Shown: positions 1-13,051, counted from the first letter of the whole stretch. The stretch: DNA of 63,892 nucleotides, filler included, from Basidioascus undulatus (GCA_000826855.1; 5 parts of 5 records of this genome joined end to end with filler, not necessarily neighbours in it); one strand, 5' to 3'. The notes: generated by a model from the letters alone, not told the origin. Translations and numbers: made by a program.

Positions 1-3000
1 CAGCTTTTCCCATGTTGATGGCGCGGGGGACGCAAAGCAATGTCAGGATGAAGTGGACGGGTAGGGGTCTGAGGGTGGCGGCGAGATGTCAGACTGGTGA
101 GGGAAAAGTTAAGGATTATTTGTTAGTTTTCTCCTTGCAGGGCGTGCGGACACGCCTAAGATAGTGGGATGATCGAGGTCAAAGCACAACACCGTCGCCT
201 TAACCCCCGTCGGCACTCTCCAGCAATGCCACCCACCACAATCTCGCCCAGACTCTGACAGAAAACTTACAAAGGGGGATTTTCCGTCACTCCGGACCAC
301 TCCGAGGGCTCTAGATGCGTGGCAGGGCGCCAAACGAAGGCCGAGTGCTGCTGGTGCGGGTTTGCAGTGTGATGAGCACGTGAAAGTGTGCCGTGCAGCG
401 ACGACGAAGACGAACGAGATGTTCTGAAGGGTGTGAGGGGCCCTCGAGAGTGTCCAAGCCGAGGTCAGAAGAGCGAGCTGAGAGCGGTGTCGGACGCAGA
501 ACGTGGTCTGGGAGGGTGATGACGTCCCGAGGGGGTCGAGGAGGAGTAGGACGCGCTCCCCGGTGTGCAATGTATGCTCAGCGGGCGCCGTGCGGGTTTC
601 TAGGGCGGTCGGGGGGTCGGGGAGAGCGGGCGAGGCAGCGAGGACGCGGTGGTCGGCGGCGAGACGCGCTAGCTGGCGGCGGCGGGTGGAAACGGGCGAG
701 GATGGGGGAAGAGGGCGAAGAGGGCGCGGGGGCGGGCCTTCGAGCCTGAACGCGTCCTCAATCCTCTCAAGATCTTTTCCCGCGCGACTCCGGATTCATT
801 ACCCTCGCCTGCCAACGCTTACTTTCTTTTTTCCATCACGCCTTGAGCGGAGGCGGAACTGGTAGGATTGGGAAGACTTGACCCAATTTTTAGCATAGCC
901 ACAGATTATACACCCCGGAGCACTCCCAGGAAGCCGAGCAGCTTCAATGTCCAACTGTAAGCCGCAGCAGTTTGCATCACTCGAACAACAGTGTACCGGC
1001 CGACCATCAACGGGCATTTTTATGAGCCGAGTGAGATGGATCAAATATTCTAACACTCTTCAGATGGCGGAAACTGAGTCCAGCATGGCCCCTGCAAATT
1101 CACTGCCTGCACTGTAGGCCGTGATACCGCCGATAGCTGTCGCCACTTCTCGGACTGCGTTTCCCGACACGAACATCCCATACCTTGGGATAATTTATTT
1201 CAGAGTCTTTCTTCAGGTCAACCTGCCTTGGTACTGCATCTTGTCTTTCCTTCATGAGCTGAAACCTTGCACCGCCTGGGTGTATATGACCTGCATTCCC
1301 TGCGCCACCTGTCACGAGACCTTCCAGCCGTTCTTCGCACTCTGATCAAAGTCTTTGAAGCACTTACAATAGAAGTCATTCGAGCTCATTGTGAGCCTAT
1401 CGGCCCCTAGCTCTGCGTTGTCTGCTGAATTAGATCATGAGGAACACATTTGACTCTGAAGATTTAGTCGCAAAGAGCACGATACCTCGGCTTACTCAGC
1501 TCAGCTGTCCATAGAGGTGGTTCTATCCTCTGCGACGTCAATTCAGCTCGAAGAAGCTGGAATTGCACGGTGGACGACCTTGAACCATTGGCCAGCAGGA
1601 TATTTGTGATGGGCTGGTGCTGGGCTGCTTTGCGGTCTTCCGTACTGTGCAATAGTTATGAGGGGATTCGCATACCCTGTTCCATTCTTTAAATGTCGCG
1701 CTGGTGGACCTTCTCGGAAGGGACTTCCACTCTTGTGCGACATCTTGACTGCCTTGCCAGTCGCTTTTGGTTCGGCCTTTACGGGTCTATTCTTCTTAGC
1801 ATATTCACGGATGCTCTGTAAAGATTCACGGTTGTTACGGCGGCCAGCTGGGATTCTACTCGTACCGTGAGCTCCCTCCCGCGCGAATGGCTTTCTACCT
1901 ACTGTACGTCCCTACTCTATCATGGACGCCTTTGTTGTCGGGGGCGTTACAACTACGGATTTACCATTCGATCCAAATGGCTTATAAAAACCGAAAGAGA
2001 GACACGGCGCTGTACTAAAATGTCTTCTGTCTGCCTGCCTCGTCTCCCCTGGGGAAATGTATTGCGGCTCTCTGGACAAAATTGTGAAGCAAACGGCTGG
2101 AGTAAAGGTGTCTGTCAGTTTCGGGCTCATAATGTTGCTTATATAGGCTGTTGAGGCTCCATATGCCGCTTGGGCTGTGGCAGCAGCTGCCAGCGCTTGT
2201 TTGGACTGCCAGCTGGCGGCGGTGGCGGCGCGTCCGTCCAATCCAGCAAACATCGCCCTGCAATAAACAAATGCAACCGTCTTCCTGGGCCCACCCCCTC
2301 GGGCGACTACCAAAAGAACGCGAAAAGTGCTGTTGCCGTCGCTGAGAACCGGTTGCATCACCCAAGCCCACACCACCTCGCACAGAGCAGCAAACAAAAT
2401 GAGGTCCATCTGGGGTTCGAACCCAGGTATTCGGAAGTTTCATAGTAAATCAAAATCCGACGTACTAACCACTATACTAATGAACCAATCTTGGTCGCGT
2501 TATTCAATAAAACCTCACATGATTTCATTACATGCAAAATAGTGAAAACCAAACAGGGCCTGAGGGCAAGTCGGGGTAGCAAAAGCAACCAGGAGCTGGA
2601 GCAGCAAGATGCTGGGTGCATGTTGTAACGGCATTGCAGTTCATTTAAAAGATGTAGAAAGGTGTATAAAGTAACCAACAGTATGTGATCTTGACCAGAT
2701 AAGACATAAGGACAGGCATGCTGTGAGGACCAGAAGGGCCCCCACTGGGGTTGAAGGTGGGGCCTTGTTTTCTCAGTGCTCAGCAGACCTTCGTAAAAGA
2801 ATCCAAAGCTGAGGAAACGGAAGGGAAGCTGGCATGTGGATGGTTGTTTGAAAAGAGCACTGATGGAGTAGGTTAATGGAACAAAGGAAGGCACAGGCCC
2901 TGGTGTGAAGGTGTATTGAGCCTGCGTCATGGCATATCATGGGTACTTCTGCCAGTGGCATTGAAATTACGACCAGAAATCGGCTATTCTAAATAAACTA

Positions 3001-3556
3001 TTTGGGAAAACTAAGGGCTTCAAGAGGGTGTGGAGAGAAGATTACTGGGAAAGCAGCAATGGTTGGTGCCTGTAGCCGTAGAATATTCACCTGCGGCGCT
3101 CTATTGCGCTCTCAGCACCGAGTAAGGGTATGTTTTGATATCTTTGTCTTTCTACAATCAATACTTCACGCAGGTATGTGGCCTCCCACCCAAGTGATGA
3201 CAGCTTCAACAATTCACATTTGCTGCGTGAGCACGGCCGTCTTTTGGCATACATGATTTGCCATACTGAGGTTCGTTCTCACACTCAAAAGTTACGGTAA
3301 CTTCGAATGTAACACACCCTTGTCATTGCGAAGGGGAATGGCAGTCATTTTAGCTGTTGCCGGACCACAACCCTGTTCAGCAGGCCGGGCCGGAAGCACC
3401 GCTATTCAATCAAAGATCTAGACCGTTAGGGCGGTTATCGCGGCTAACCCCATCCACGCGGTGATGAGTTGAATGCAAAACGCCGGTCGGTCTTGGCTTT
3501 CTCCTCTTGCACTGTTGCTGCGCCCTCGAAGGATCTCGCGCAGGCATCCAGGACCC

Positions 3557-4495
3557 ATGATGGCCACCACTGTGGCAGAAGTCGAGATCCCGGCATCCGC
3601 AATGGCACCTGCATCCCCTGCGGCATCTAGGAAGTCGTCCCTCACACCGCATGTATATCCACCAACTCCCACTTCCGCCGCGGTAGCTGCCCCACCTCTT
3701 CTTGCCGACAAGCGGCAAGAGCGAATTGCATTGGGCGCACTGTTTCTGTCGCTGTTCATGGCCAGCTGGGTAAGCTTTCTATTATCGAGTAGCGCTTATC
3801 GTCCTCTTGACATTGGAGATGGGTGCAGAATGACGCGACTACAGGCCCGCTGTTGGTACGGATGGAAGAGCACTACTCTATCGGCTATACAATTGTGTCC
3901 CTCGTCTTCATTTCCAACTTCTGCGGCTTCATAAGCGCATCACTGTTGAATGTGTTCCTCACAGACCGACATGGCTTCGGACGCGTACGTTATGGGCCAT
4001 TCCGCTTGAGCCTGCGGCTTCAACTGACTTAGCACACAGGTCATTGCTCTAGGAGCCTCGCTGCAGGTCGTAGCGTACTCTCTCCAGTGCTGGGCACCGG
4101 TAAAACGTTACTGTTATTGATGTGTTGATGCGGCACTGAACTTGCGCCTACCCTGTCACTGCACAGCCGTTCCCTCTCTTCTGCGTGGCTTATGCGATCA
4201 ATGGGGCTGGCGTAGGATTGCAGGTATGCGAGCAAGACATACGATGGGGATCCCCACGACTGATGGCTTTCGAATCTTTATAGGATGCCCAAGCGAACAC
4301 GCTCCTCAGCGGGATGCCGAATGCCTCCCCCAAGCTGGGCTGGGCGCATGCGTTCTACGGTGAGGCCTGGGTTCTTTCATCGTTCAGTCCCGGAGGAAAC
4401 ACGACTCATTCTTTCGGTGGAGTTCAGGCTTCGGGGCCCTTGCGTCTCCCTTGGTCGCAACACAGTTCTCAACGCAGCCCAATTGGTCCTACCAT
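3557..4495 (+). CDS. MFS transporter (Bsc6/FucP-like), 5' half only; breaks in an intron at a poly-C tract
   Basis: Spliced exons give ...[15 protein letters not shown]...[13 protein letters not shown]...[55 protein letters not shown]...[18 protein letters not shown]. This is the N-terminal MFS bundle, with GT-AG introns. Confidence 0.8.
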
Positions 4496-4588
4496 GTTCG
4501 CCCGATTTCCCCATGTGCCCCCCCCCCCCCCCCCAGAATCAGCTGCAGCTCGAACGGGATGCGATAAGGCGGAAAGGGCCGGCCGCAC

Positions 4589-5213
4589 ATTGTCGAGTTT
4601 GCTCGGCCAGGTTTGCTTTGTGCGCGAGCGGCGCGGCACCCAGATCCGGTAGTCGGGCGTGTATGCCGTCAGGTGGATCCCGAACGTCGGGACGCCGAAG
4701 AGCCCGGACGCGGCGCGCTCGACGGTGAAGACGATGAAGGGGTTGCCGGGGGAGAGCGGCGGGCCGTAGACAGGGTACAGCTCGTTGCGCCACCCTGCGG
4801 GCGGGAACCCAGTCCCTTTAGCTGGAAGAACAATGAAAGCTTTGAAAAGGTGAAAGGAAAGACGCACCTTTGAGCTCCTCCCAGAACTGCTTCTCCTCCC
4901 TCCACCGGTGCACCATGCGCTTTACCTCACGCGAGCGCTCCTCCGTCGAGCCTAGCCATCCCCGGAACCCTACGCCCAGCCCGCTCCGGACGTCCCAGAC
5001 CGCCTTCTCAGAGCCTTGAAAGGCATTGTCCTCTTCCAGCGCGGCGAGCACGCTCGGGCGGAGGAGCCCGATCGGCTTCTGGCCCGGGAGCGGCGGGAGC
5101 GCGAGGTAGAGCGGGGTGAGGGTTTCGGACGAGATGGACGCGTCTGCGTGCGGAAGGTCGATGTTGTCGCACGCGTCGACGAGAGGAAGTAACGTCGTCG
5201 TTGAGGAGGCCAT
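4589..5213 (-). CDS. Nudix hydrolase (YJR142W/NUDT20-like, DUF4743), 3'-truncated before the Nudix box
   Basis: PIGLLRPSV...[12 protein letters not shown]...[20 protein letters not shown]...[19 protein letters not shown]; intron 4867-4795. Confidence 0.85.
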
Positions 5214-5537
5214 ACTCGACGGGGGGGATGGTGAGTGCGCTATACAGCCTATGTGCCGTGCACTCGACACGACAAATGGCCGCTGCGCGCGAGCCGACTC
5301 TTCGCCTTTCACCGTCATCATCTCCTTGCTGCCCATCGCACACTCGAGCCTTTCGCATCGATCAACTCGCTTGGATCAGCTCCTTGATCGCATTTCAACG
5401 CTTATATACTTCCTTTCTCGCCTGCTGACCAACCGCCGCTCTTTCGGTTCGTCCGCAACCCTTACCGGCAACATCTTCCTTCGATCGACAACTCACTCAT
5501 TGCTCGTCTCTTTCACCAGTCAACTCGCCCATCAAAC

Positions 5538-6409
5538 ATGTCCACCTCCCCCGCAACGCCCGACCCCTCCACCGCCGCCGCGACGCCGGCCTCGCCCTCC
5601 GTGTCCGTATCCACTCCAAGCGGCGCGGCCTCCTCCAAACTGAGCAGCAGCGTCTCCAAGCCTGCCGCTGCGCCCAAGGAAAAGCCCAAGAACCTGTTCG
5701 CGAACGACGGGTCGTTCCTCGCGCGCTTTGCGAGCCTCCAGAAGAAGGGCGACTCGACGGAGGAGAAAAAGAAGGAGGTGGAGAAGAAGAAGGAGCGGTA
5801 AGTTTCCCTCCCCCTTTCCCCTCTCGCTCTGCCGCGTGGGGCGAAGAGGATGGCAGAGGCGGAATGCATGCGCTTGGTCTGGGTCGAGGGCCCGGTTCTC
5901 CTTCCCTACAGTTCCCAGAGCCTCCGGCCAAGCGGGTACACCGCCCGCACACCCCCCAAGCCCATCGTGCCGTTCCATTCCAAGCCCCTCCCCATCTCCC
6001 TTCTTACTGACCCCCCCCTTCCCTTCCCTCCTCCGTTACCCAAGCGCAAAAGCCTTCGAAGACCGCTTCGTGCGTCTCTCCACCTCCTACCCCGTCCGCC
6101 CCGCACCTGCGCTAACCAACCCGCACCCCCTCATAGAAGAACCGCGGCAAGCGCCCGCTCCCTTCCGGCGACTCCTCCGTCTCTCCCCCTGCGTCCGCGT
6201 CCCCTGAGCCGAGCGCCAAGCGAGCAAAGGACGCACGGGGCGAAGAGCGCGAGCTGAGCGCGTACGAGCGCGAGGTGCGCGGGTACGAGGCGGCGACCCT
6301 CAAGGACCAGGGCGCGGGGGTTCGGCCGCTGGTCAAGGTGCGTCATTTTACTCGGTTCAATCAGTTAGGGTGGAAGAGGTGCTGATGCTTGGAGAGGGTT
6401 CAGGGTTGA
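5538..6409 (+). CDS. TRIR/C19orf43-like protein (telomerase RNA component interacting RNase family)
   Basis: Exons 5538-5797, 6045-6069, 6137-6337 and probably 6404-6409. They carry NLFANDGSFL and C-terminal AYEREVRGYE...VRPLVK, matching the two conserved blocks of human TRIR as recalled. Confidence 0.7.
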
Positions 6410-7403
6410 GGGGTTGAGGGGCGCCCAGCGTTGAGTGTATTCCTTCTCGGGTCGAGTGCACTGAGGGTTCGCATCGAGGAGTCGGGCTGAGCCGTGACGC
6501 CGAAGGCGGCTGTTTGCTTGCTTTGCAATATTGCATCGGGTCCTTTTCTAATGCATCTATATATCCAACGATTGTAGGATGTTCAGCGGATAGCAGACTG
6601 CACGCAAGACGGATTGCATGCGATGATGAGCTTCAACTTGCCAGGATCTTGTCCCCGGTTTGCTGTGCGCCTTGAACTGTACGCAGATGACTTTCAGCAA
6701 GCCGACATTCTAACATATTGTCTCGCGAGACGCCCAATGCACTACATGCTCGACGTTAAGCAGCCTTTACTACACCAGTCCGTGCTAAGACCTGTGACCG
6801 CTCGATCAACTTTCTCCAGGAGGAAAGATATCCCCGAGCCTGAAACCAAAGCGTTGTTTCAGTGGATGACTATTTCACAACCCACTGAAGCAGTATATTT
6901 GACAATGATATGGACCTGCGTTGCTGCTCGTTGTGATGCCCGAGGCTCAGCGTTACGAGCTTGTATCGTACTGCGGGACAGACATATGCAAAGGACCCCA
7001 GGTGCTTGACGTTTTTGCCATAGGAGGTGAGAACGCCTGATACGGAAGGAACGTGAGAACGCCTTTTAAAGAAGGAACATCTTGGCTACTGCCGCTGCTT
7101 CAGAATCGAAAGGGCCGCATCTGGTCCAGCTGCACATGTGGTCTAGCTGCACATTGCGCATGTGTCATCAGCAGGCTTCATACCAATGCGTACATCGTCT
7201 TAAGGAACTTCCTCCCCGACAGTAACTAAGCCCATGTACTGGCAGCAGCGGAGTCCACGCAAACTAGCCATCCGCTCTCGGAAGGCTGGCTGCGCCGCTT
7301 TCAACCTCGTCCCGCTCGCTGCGCTCAATGAGGCGGATCGTTGACTGCTGGCTAGTGCCTCTCAACACACTTCTCCCTTGCCTGGAGAGGACAGCTCGAC
7401 ATC

Positions 7404-7410
7404 TATATAA
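7404..7410 (+). promoter_or_regulatory. TATA box of the secreted peptide precursor gene
   Basis: TATATAA about 140 nt upstream of a strong-context ATG (ACAAAATG), followed by a CT-rich leader. Confidence 0.55.
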
Positions 7411-7545
7411 GCCCACCCCTCCTCTGACTGCTTTCCCTCACTCAACCAGCCCATCCTCTCCGTCCTTCTCAGCCGCATCTCCAGCTTTCAGACACTGCCA
7501 CAACCACCCTCCATCTCCAGCAAATTCAAAGCCCCACCAAACAAA

Positions 7546-8014
7546 ATGCGCTTCCCCATCACTCTCGCCATCCTCGCGACCACCTTGACTTTCGCGCTCG
7601 CAGCGCCGCTCGCTGAGGGCCAGACGGGCGAGCACTCACTCGCCCCGCGCGGAGTCTTGAGCGGCGAGGCACCTGCGCTCGGTGGGCATGAATTCGAGAA
7701 GCGGTGGGGTAAGAAGGAGCATAAGAGGGTGAGGCCCTTGTTCTGCCGGACTGTGGACAGAACAGGATTGCTGACGTATGGCTTGCAACACAGGAGCACA
7801 AGAATAAGAACCACAAGAATGACAAGGTCAGATCCATTCGTTGCTGTGTGGAAGGTTCACGCAGTCTTACGCTGCACTTTCTCCATCACAGCGCCAATTC
7901 GGCGGCGGCGGGTTCGACGGTGCTGGCTTTGGCCGCTTCGACGGCGGCTTCGGTGGCGGCATTGGTGGCTTTGGTGGAGGCTTTGATGGCGGCCTGGGTG
8001 GGTTCGGCATCTGA
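7546..8014 (+). CDS. Small secreted precursor (112 aa) with Kex2 (KR) sites and a Gly/Phe-rich C-terminal peptide
   Basis: Exons 7546-7728, 7794-7826, 7892-8014; signal peptide MRFPITLAILATTLTFALA; ...FEKR-WGKKEHKR-EHKNKNHKNDKR-QFGGGGFDGAGFGRFDGGFGGGIGGFGGGFDGGLGGFGI*. Confidence 0.8.
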
Positions 8015-8732
8015 GCAAGAGAGAGAGACTGCAGACGTCTCCCACGCATTACGCAGGTTTCTTAGTTGCTGTATCTTCGGGACGCGCACGGAACTGTAAT
8101 AAGTTTGAATAAGGTATGAATAAGGTTGTTCTGATGTTTGTTCTGAACAGCTGGTTGCGAAATGGCGGCAGCAGGGGTGCCTCACTATCACTACGTTCTG
8201 AGGCTCGGAGTGTCACGACCATGGCAGCTGAAGCCTCAGCGCAGTCGGTCAGAGAAGTCCATGTAGTTTTTATAATTCAATATAATGGGTTTTATTTGTA
8301 CGTTCGCATTGTGCACAATGTTACGGCACGCACGCACTGAAGCTTGCCTGCCAAATGTAAGGAACGGAAGCGCCATGAAAGGGTCGCGGCAACGTTGAGG
8401 GTGAGAGGATGTGTCTGCGAGCAATCGGCCAGTATGCAGTTCCCCGGTGTAAGATGAAAATGATTTATACAAGCTTGCACGTTGTCTTGATGCTGTTCTG
8501 GCTGTGGTGTGCTTGTGGCGAAGAAAGGAGACACAAGCGCGTCGGCGGCTCTTGTCGCGTGTCAAGCGCGGGCCGGCCACGTCCTCCGCACCGCAAGCCG
8601 CTTGCATTCCGACCGAGCCCAGTCCATTGTACTTTCTCTCCTTCGAAGCTCACACTCTCGTTATCCGGTTACGGTGTACTCACAGACATCCGTATCGCGA
8701 TCGCAGCCTCAACCCTCCACCCCCCGCTCGTC

Positions 8733-9870
8733 ATGTTCGCCGACGAGATCCGCACGCTGAGGCGCCTCGGGCCTCGCCATGTCCGTATTTGCGCCTCTCG
8801 TGCTTTGGCTGGTACGGAGCGCTGAGATTGAGTTGATGAATGGTGGACGGCGGATGGTTATTCAGGTTCTGCTCCAGGTGTGTTCTCTTTCGTCTCGGGC
8901 TGTCAGCCCGAGGAACGCTAGGGCTCATGCTCGCGTCCACCAGGCCCTCAATTTCGCGACCGTCATCTCCACCGCGCTCATGGTCTGGAAAGGTGTGCGA
9001 TCTTCCTGCTCTCTGCTCGTCCCACCTTCGATTTATCCCCACAATCCGTACAGGCCTCGGCGTAATTCTCAACACCGAGTCTCCGATCGTCGTCGTCCTC
9101 TCGTCCGTTCATCCCCCTCCTTCTCTCCCCCTCCCTCACGCTCCCCCACATCTCATCTCTCGCACCCCGTTCAGCGAATCCATGGAGCCCGCCTTCGCGC
9201 GCGGCGACCTCCTCTTCCTCTACCACCCTCCGCCGTCCCAGCCGCTCGCGATCGGGGACATCACGGTGTACAAGATCCCTGGCGCGGACATCCCAATCGT
9301 GCACCGCGTCATCGAGCACCACTGGGACGAAGGGAAGCAGGAGGAGAAGATGATGACGAAGGGGGACAACAACGACCGGGACGACCTTGAGCTGTACCGC
9401 GGGAGGAGGTGGCTGGAACGCGGGCAGGTGGTGGGGGTCGTCAAGGGGTGAGTCGGAGGACCGGGAGGGGGAGGATTGGGGGAGGATGAGGGGGAAGAGG
9501 CTGATGGGGCGATCGGGTGGGAAGGTTCTTGCCGTATGTGGGATACGTGACGATCTTGATGGTGCGTGTTCGCGCGCTCCCTTTTCAACGCACCCCGACT
9601 GACCTGAACCGGCCCACCCTCTTCCTCAAACGCAGAACGACTACCCGAAAGTACGTCTCTCCCCATCCGTGTCCTTTCAGCACCCAATGCTGAACCCCGT
9701 CATTCGCGCTGCAGATTGTCCGTCGCCATCTCGTCACTTTCCTTCAGTCCCACTTCGCGGGCTGGGCGCCTGGGGCCTGACCACACCCTTCCCCTTCCTC
9801 TCCCCTCTTACCGCAGAAATACGCCGCGCTCGGCCTCCTCGCCGTGTTCTTGCTGTTCCAAAGAGAGTGA
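8733..9870 (+). CDS. SEC11: Signal peptidase complex catalytic subunit
   Basis: MFADEI...ALMVWKGL...[25 protein letters not shown]...IPIVHRVI...TKGDNN...[10 protein letters not shown]...NDYPK-I-KYAALG; several micro-exons. Confidence 0.95.
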
Positions 9871-11581
9871 TCGCGGGCCGAAGAGAGTTGCGGGTTGGCT
9901 TGGTCGGGGGAGAGGGGGAGGTCGTATGGGGACTTTCGGGCAGGGTGTGAAGATGAGAGAGATGAGCTGGGAGCGAGTGACGGTGATATACCCTTTTCCG
10001 CGTTTACCAGTATCGAGAATGAGAGGCAAACTGCAAAGCATGATTGGCCCGGAAGACTGGAAGGGCGCAAAGAATTATTTCTAAAGTGGTTGTGCTGTCA
10101 AAAAGTCGGGACAGCGGAGGACTACCTGTGAGCGGGCATACACAACTCGAAAAAGTCCGATGTGAGATGGGGCTTCTATTCACTTTTGCTGGATTTGGTT
10201 GGTACAAAAAGCTGGGCATGCAAAAACGCAGCGGCAGCGTTTGAAAAAAGATGCTTGAACCGTGAATCGAACACGGGGCGGGTCGACGTCGGATGGCAAC
10301 GACCCAGGTTACCACTACCCCACCCAAGCTTGTAAGTTTTAGCCGTATTTTTAAAACTTGGCGGAAATGCTTTCCCATAGTTTCCACCATACAGAATTCG
10401 GTCCCTGAGCTGGACCTTGTGTGGGGAAGACACAGATATGCTACATGGAGAAGTTGCAGTTTCCACCAAGGGTATCAGGAGGAGGCGATGCCCAAGAGAG
10501 ACCGCGAGTACTGGCGAGCTCAGGTCCGAATGCAATAGCCTGGCCCACGTAACCGCTTCAATGCTGGACTAGCCCTTCCCCTGCCCAGTCACATTTTTAA
10601 ACTGAGGAACTACACGTGAATATTCTAATAACCAACAGCTATAGCACGTACAGTGCTGATCAGGAGTGCAGAGTGCTGAACTCTCAGTCTAACAATCCGC
10701 TTCGCGGGCGGACACTGTGCGTGGCCCTCTGGCCTTTGAGCACACACTACTCCAAGGTATGCCTGCTTGTCTCAAAAACATAACACTATGCATCTTTTCA
10801 AGCAAGCTCTGCAACACAATGGCATGGGCTTATCAGGGGAACAGCCGAACGGCGGTGAATGCAGAGGAGGCAGTAGCAAATAGCACTGCAGCAAACGCTG
10901 CCAGCATTCTCGTCCCCTTTGGTCAAAGTCCTTCATCACAAATCTTTTTCATGGTTTGTTTAATACTTCTGAAAGCTGACAACATCCCTGAAGGCTGTTT
11001 GGCAATCCATGGCAATTACACTGCATGGGACCACGCAGAATTGCTGAGTCATCCAGATGCCTCGCGGCGCCCGGGCGTGGCTGCCACGCGCGATGTCCAA
11101 GGCGCGCTCTTTGTCCTCGTTCCTTTTGTTCTCTCCGCTCGAGAAGACGACGGCCCGCCTCGAGGCAACAATGGACGTTCATAGACTGTCTCACCACGCG
11201 CTATCCCATTATCTATTGTGCACGGCAGGCCTTGTTCCTATGCTCATTCGCATCCTCACCAATCTCGATCGAGCGCGCTTGCTTGGGCGTCGTGCCCTCA
11301 TCCTCACCCTTCGAACCCTCCTCTCAGAGTCGACTTTGTCCCCCAGCGCCCCCGCCGGCGTTCCCGTTCGTGCTCCTCATCCTCCCCATCTGCTGACATT
11401 TGCGTTCAGCTGGGTTCCAGTTTGCCACTTGATCAGCGTTCGTCCCTCTTAATCTCCACTGCATCTCCACCCACGCACCCCGCCTTGACCTGCTATCCTT
11501 CAGCAGCATGTCCCACGCATCACAACATCCCTGGCATACCTATTCTTTCCCTCCTACCCGCACAGCGTCTTCCTCGTCCGT

Positions 11582-13017
11582 GATGTCCAGTCCGACATAC
11601 CCTCCTCCCGTCTACTCGCCCGCTCCCCTCGACGACATCGCGTTGACGCCGCAAGAGTCCGCGTACTCCAAGCAGGACTATGCCCCCCTCCCCTCGATCA
11701 AAGAGTCCCGCCGCTCTTCGTTCATCCCCTTGGCTTTCCCTTCCCCTCCAACCTTAGCCCAACATCATAGCCAACCTCTCTCGCCTTCCTACGCTGCTCC
11801 CGATCTCCTCCTCCCCCCACCATCTCCCCGACCCTACACGCCTCCCTCACCATCCCTGAAGCTCCTCTTCTCCCCCGCATCCCGCCGAGACCTCCTCCTC
11901 GTCCTCCTCCCCGCCGCACTCGTCTCCATCGCAGCAGGCGTCATCGCCCCCTTCATGACCCAAGTCGTCGGGCACGCCTTCGACGTCTTCGTCGCATACC
12001 CGACCCTCACGCCCGCGACGTCCGAGGACAAAATCCGGCTCCTCCGAGGAGTCGGCAAGCAGTCGCTCATCCTCATCGGCCTCGCCGCTGCGAGCCTCGC
12101 GTCCGCCACGGCCATGTACTCGCTCTGGATCATCGTAGGCGAAACCATCGCGCGCAGGGTGCGCGTCAAGGTCTACGAGGCCGTGGCGAGGAGGGAGATG
12201 GCGTGGTTCGATCTGGGCATGGGAAAGAACGCCCTGGGTGGCGGGCAGGAGGAGAAGAAGGGCGGCTCGGAAGACGCTCCCAAGGAGAACGAGGCGAGCT
12301 TGGGGGCGGGTGGGCTTATGGCTCGTTTCACTCGGTGAGTGCTCTGTCTTTTCGTCTTATAGCTGGCCCTTAAGGATTGCGCATGCTGATGCTGTCTCTT
12401 GATGCACCCAGTGAGACGGACGACATCCGCGTCGCGACATCCTATGTCTGCGGCTTGTTCCTGCAGAACATCACGACTGCGATCGTCTGCGCTATCCTGT
12501 CGTTCATCAAGTCGTGGTCGCTCACGCTCGTGCTCCTCGCCTCGCTCCCCCTCATCGTCAGCATCCAAGCGATGACCTCGCGCTTCTCGAACCCTCTCCT
12601 CGCGCGCGAGCGCGCGTACACGGCCGAGGCGTCCACGCGGCTCACGCGTGCCGTCAACGCGATCAGTACGGTGAAGGCGTTCAACGCCGCCGAGCGCGAG
12701 GTGGCCGGTGTCGCGCAGTCGCTCGAGGGCACGCGCAGGGCCGCGACGGCCTGGGCGATCGTCTGGGGCGCGGGTAACGGCGCGATCAGCTTCGTCGTCT
12801 TCGCGCTGTTTGTGCAGGGCTTCTGGTACGGGAGCAGGCTCGTACGCCGCGGGGAGCTCAGCGCCGGAGACGTCATGACCGTCTTCTGGGCGACGATGCT
12901 CGCCGCGACGCACTTGCAGCAGTGCATGTCCCTCTTCGTCAACATCAACAAGGGCAAGACCGCCATGACCTCGCTCCAGACCCTCATCAACCCTCCCCCT
13001 GCCCCTTCCGCGCCTTC

Positions 13018-13051
<34 letters not shown>

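Noticed and set aside
1..730. Minus-strand leader ending in CATCAAC-ATG-GGA-AAA-GCT (MGKA) at position 13
   Set aside because: Plausible gene start, but only four codons are visible, so it cannot be identified.
6614..7009. ORF containing LYADD (reverse transcriptase-like)
   Set aside because: No other RT motifs at the right spacing; likely chance.
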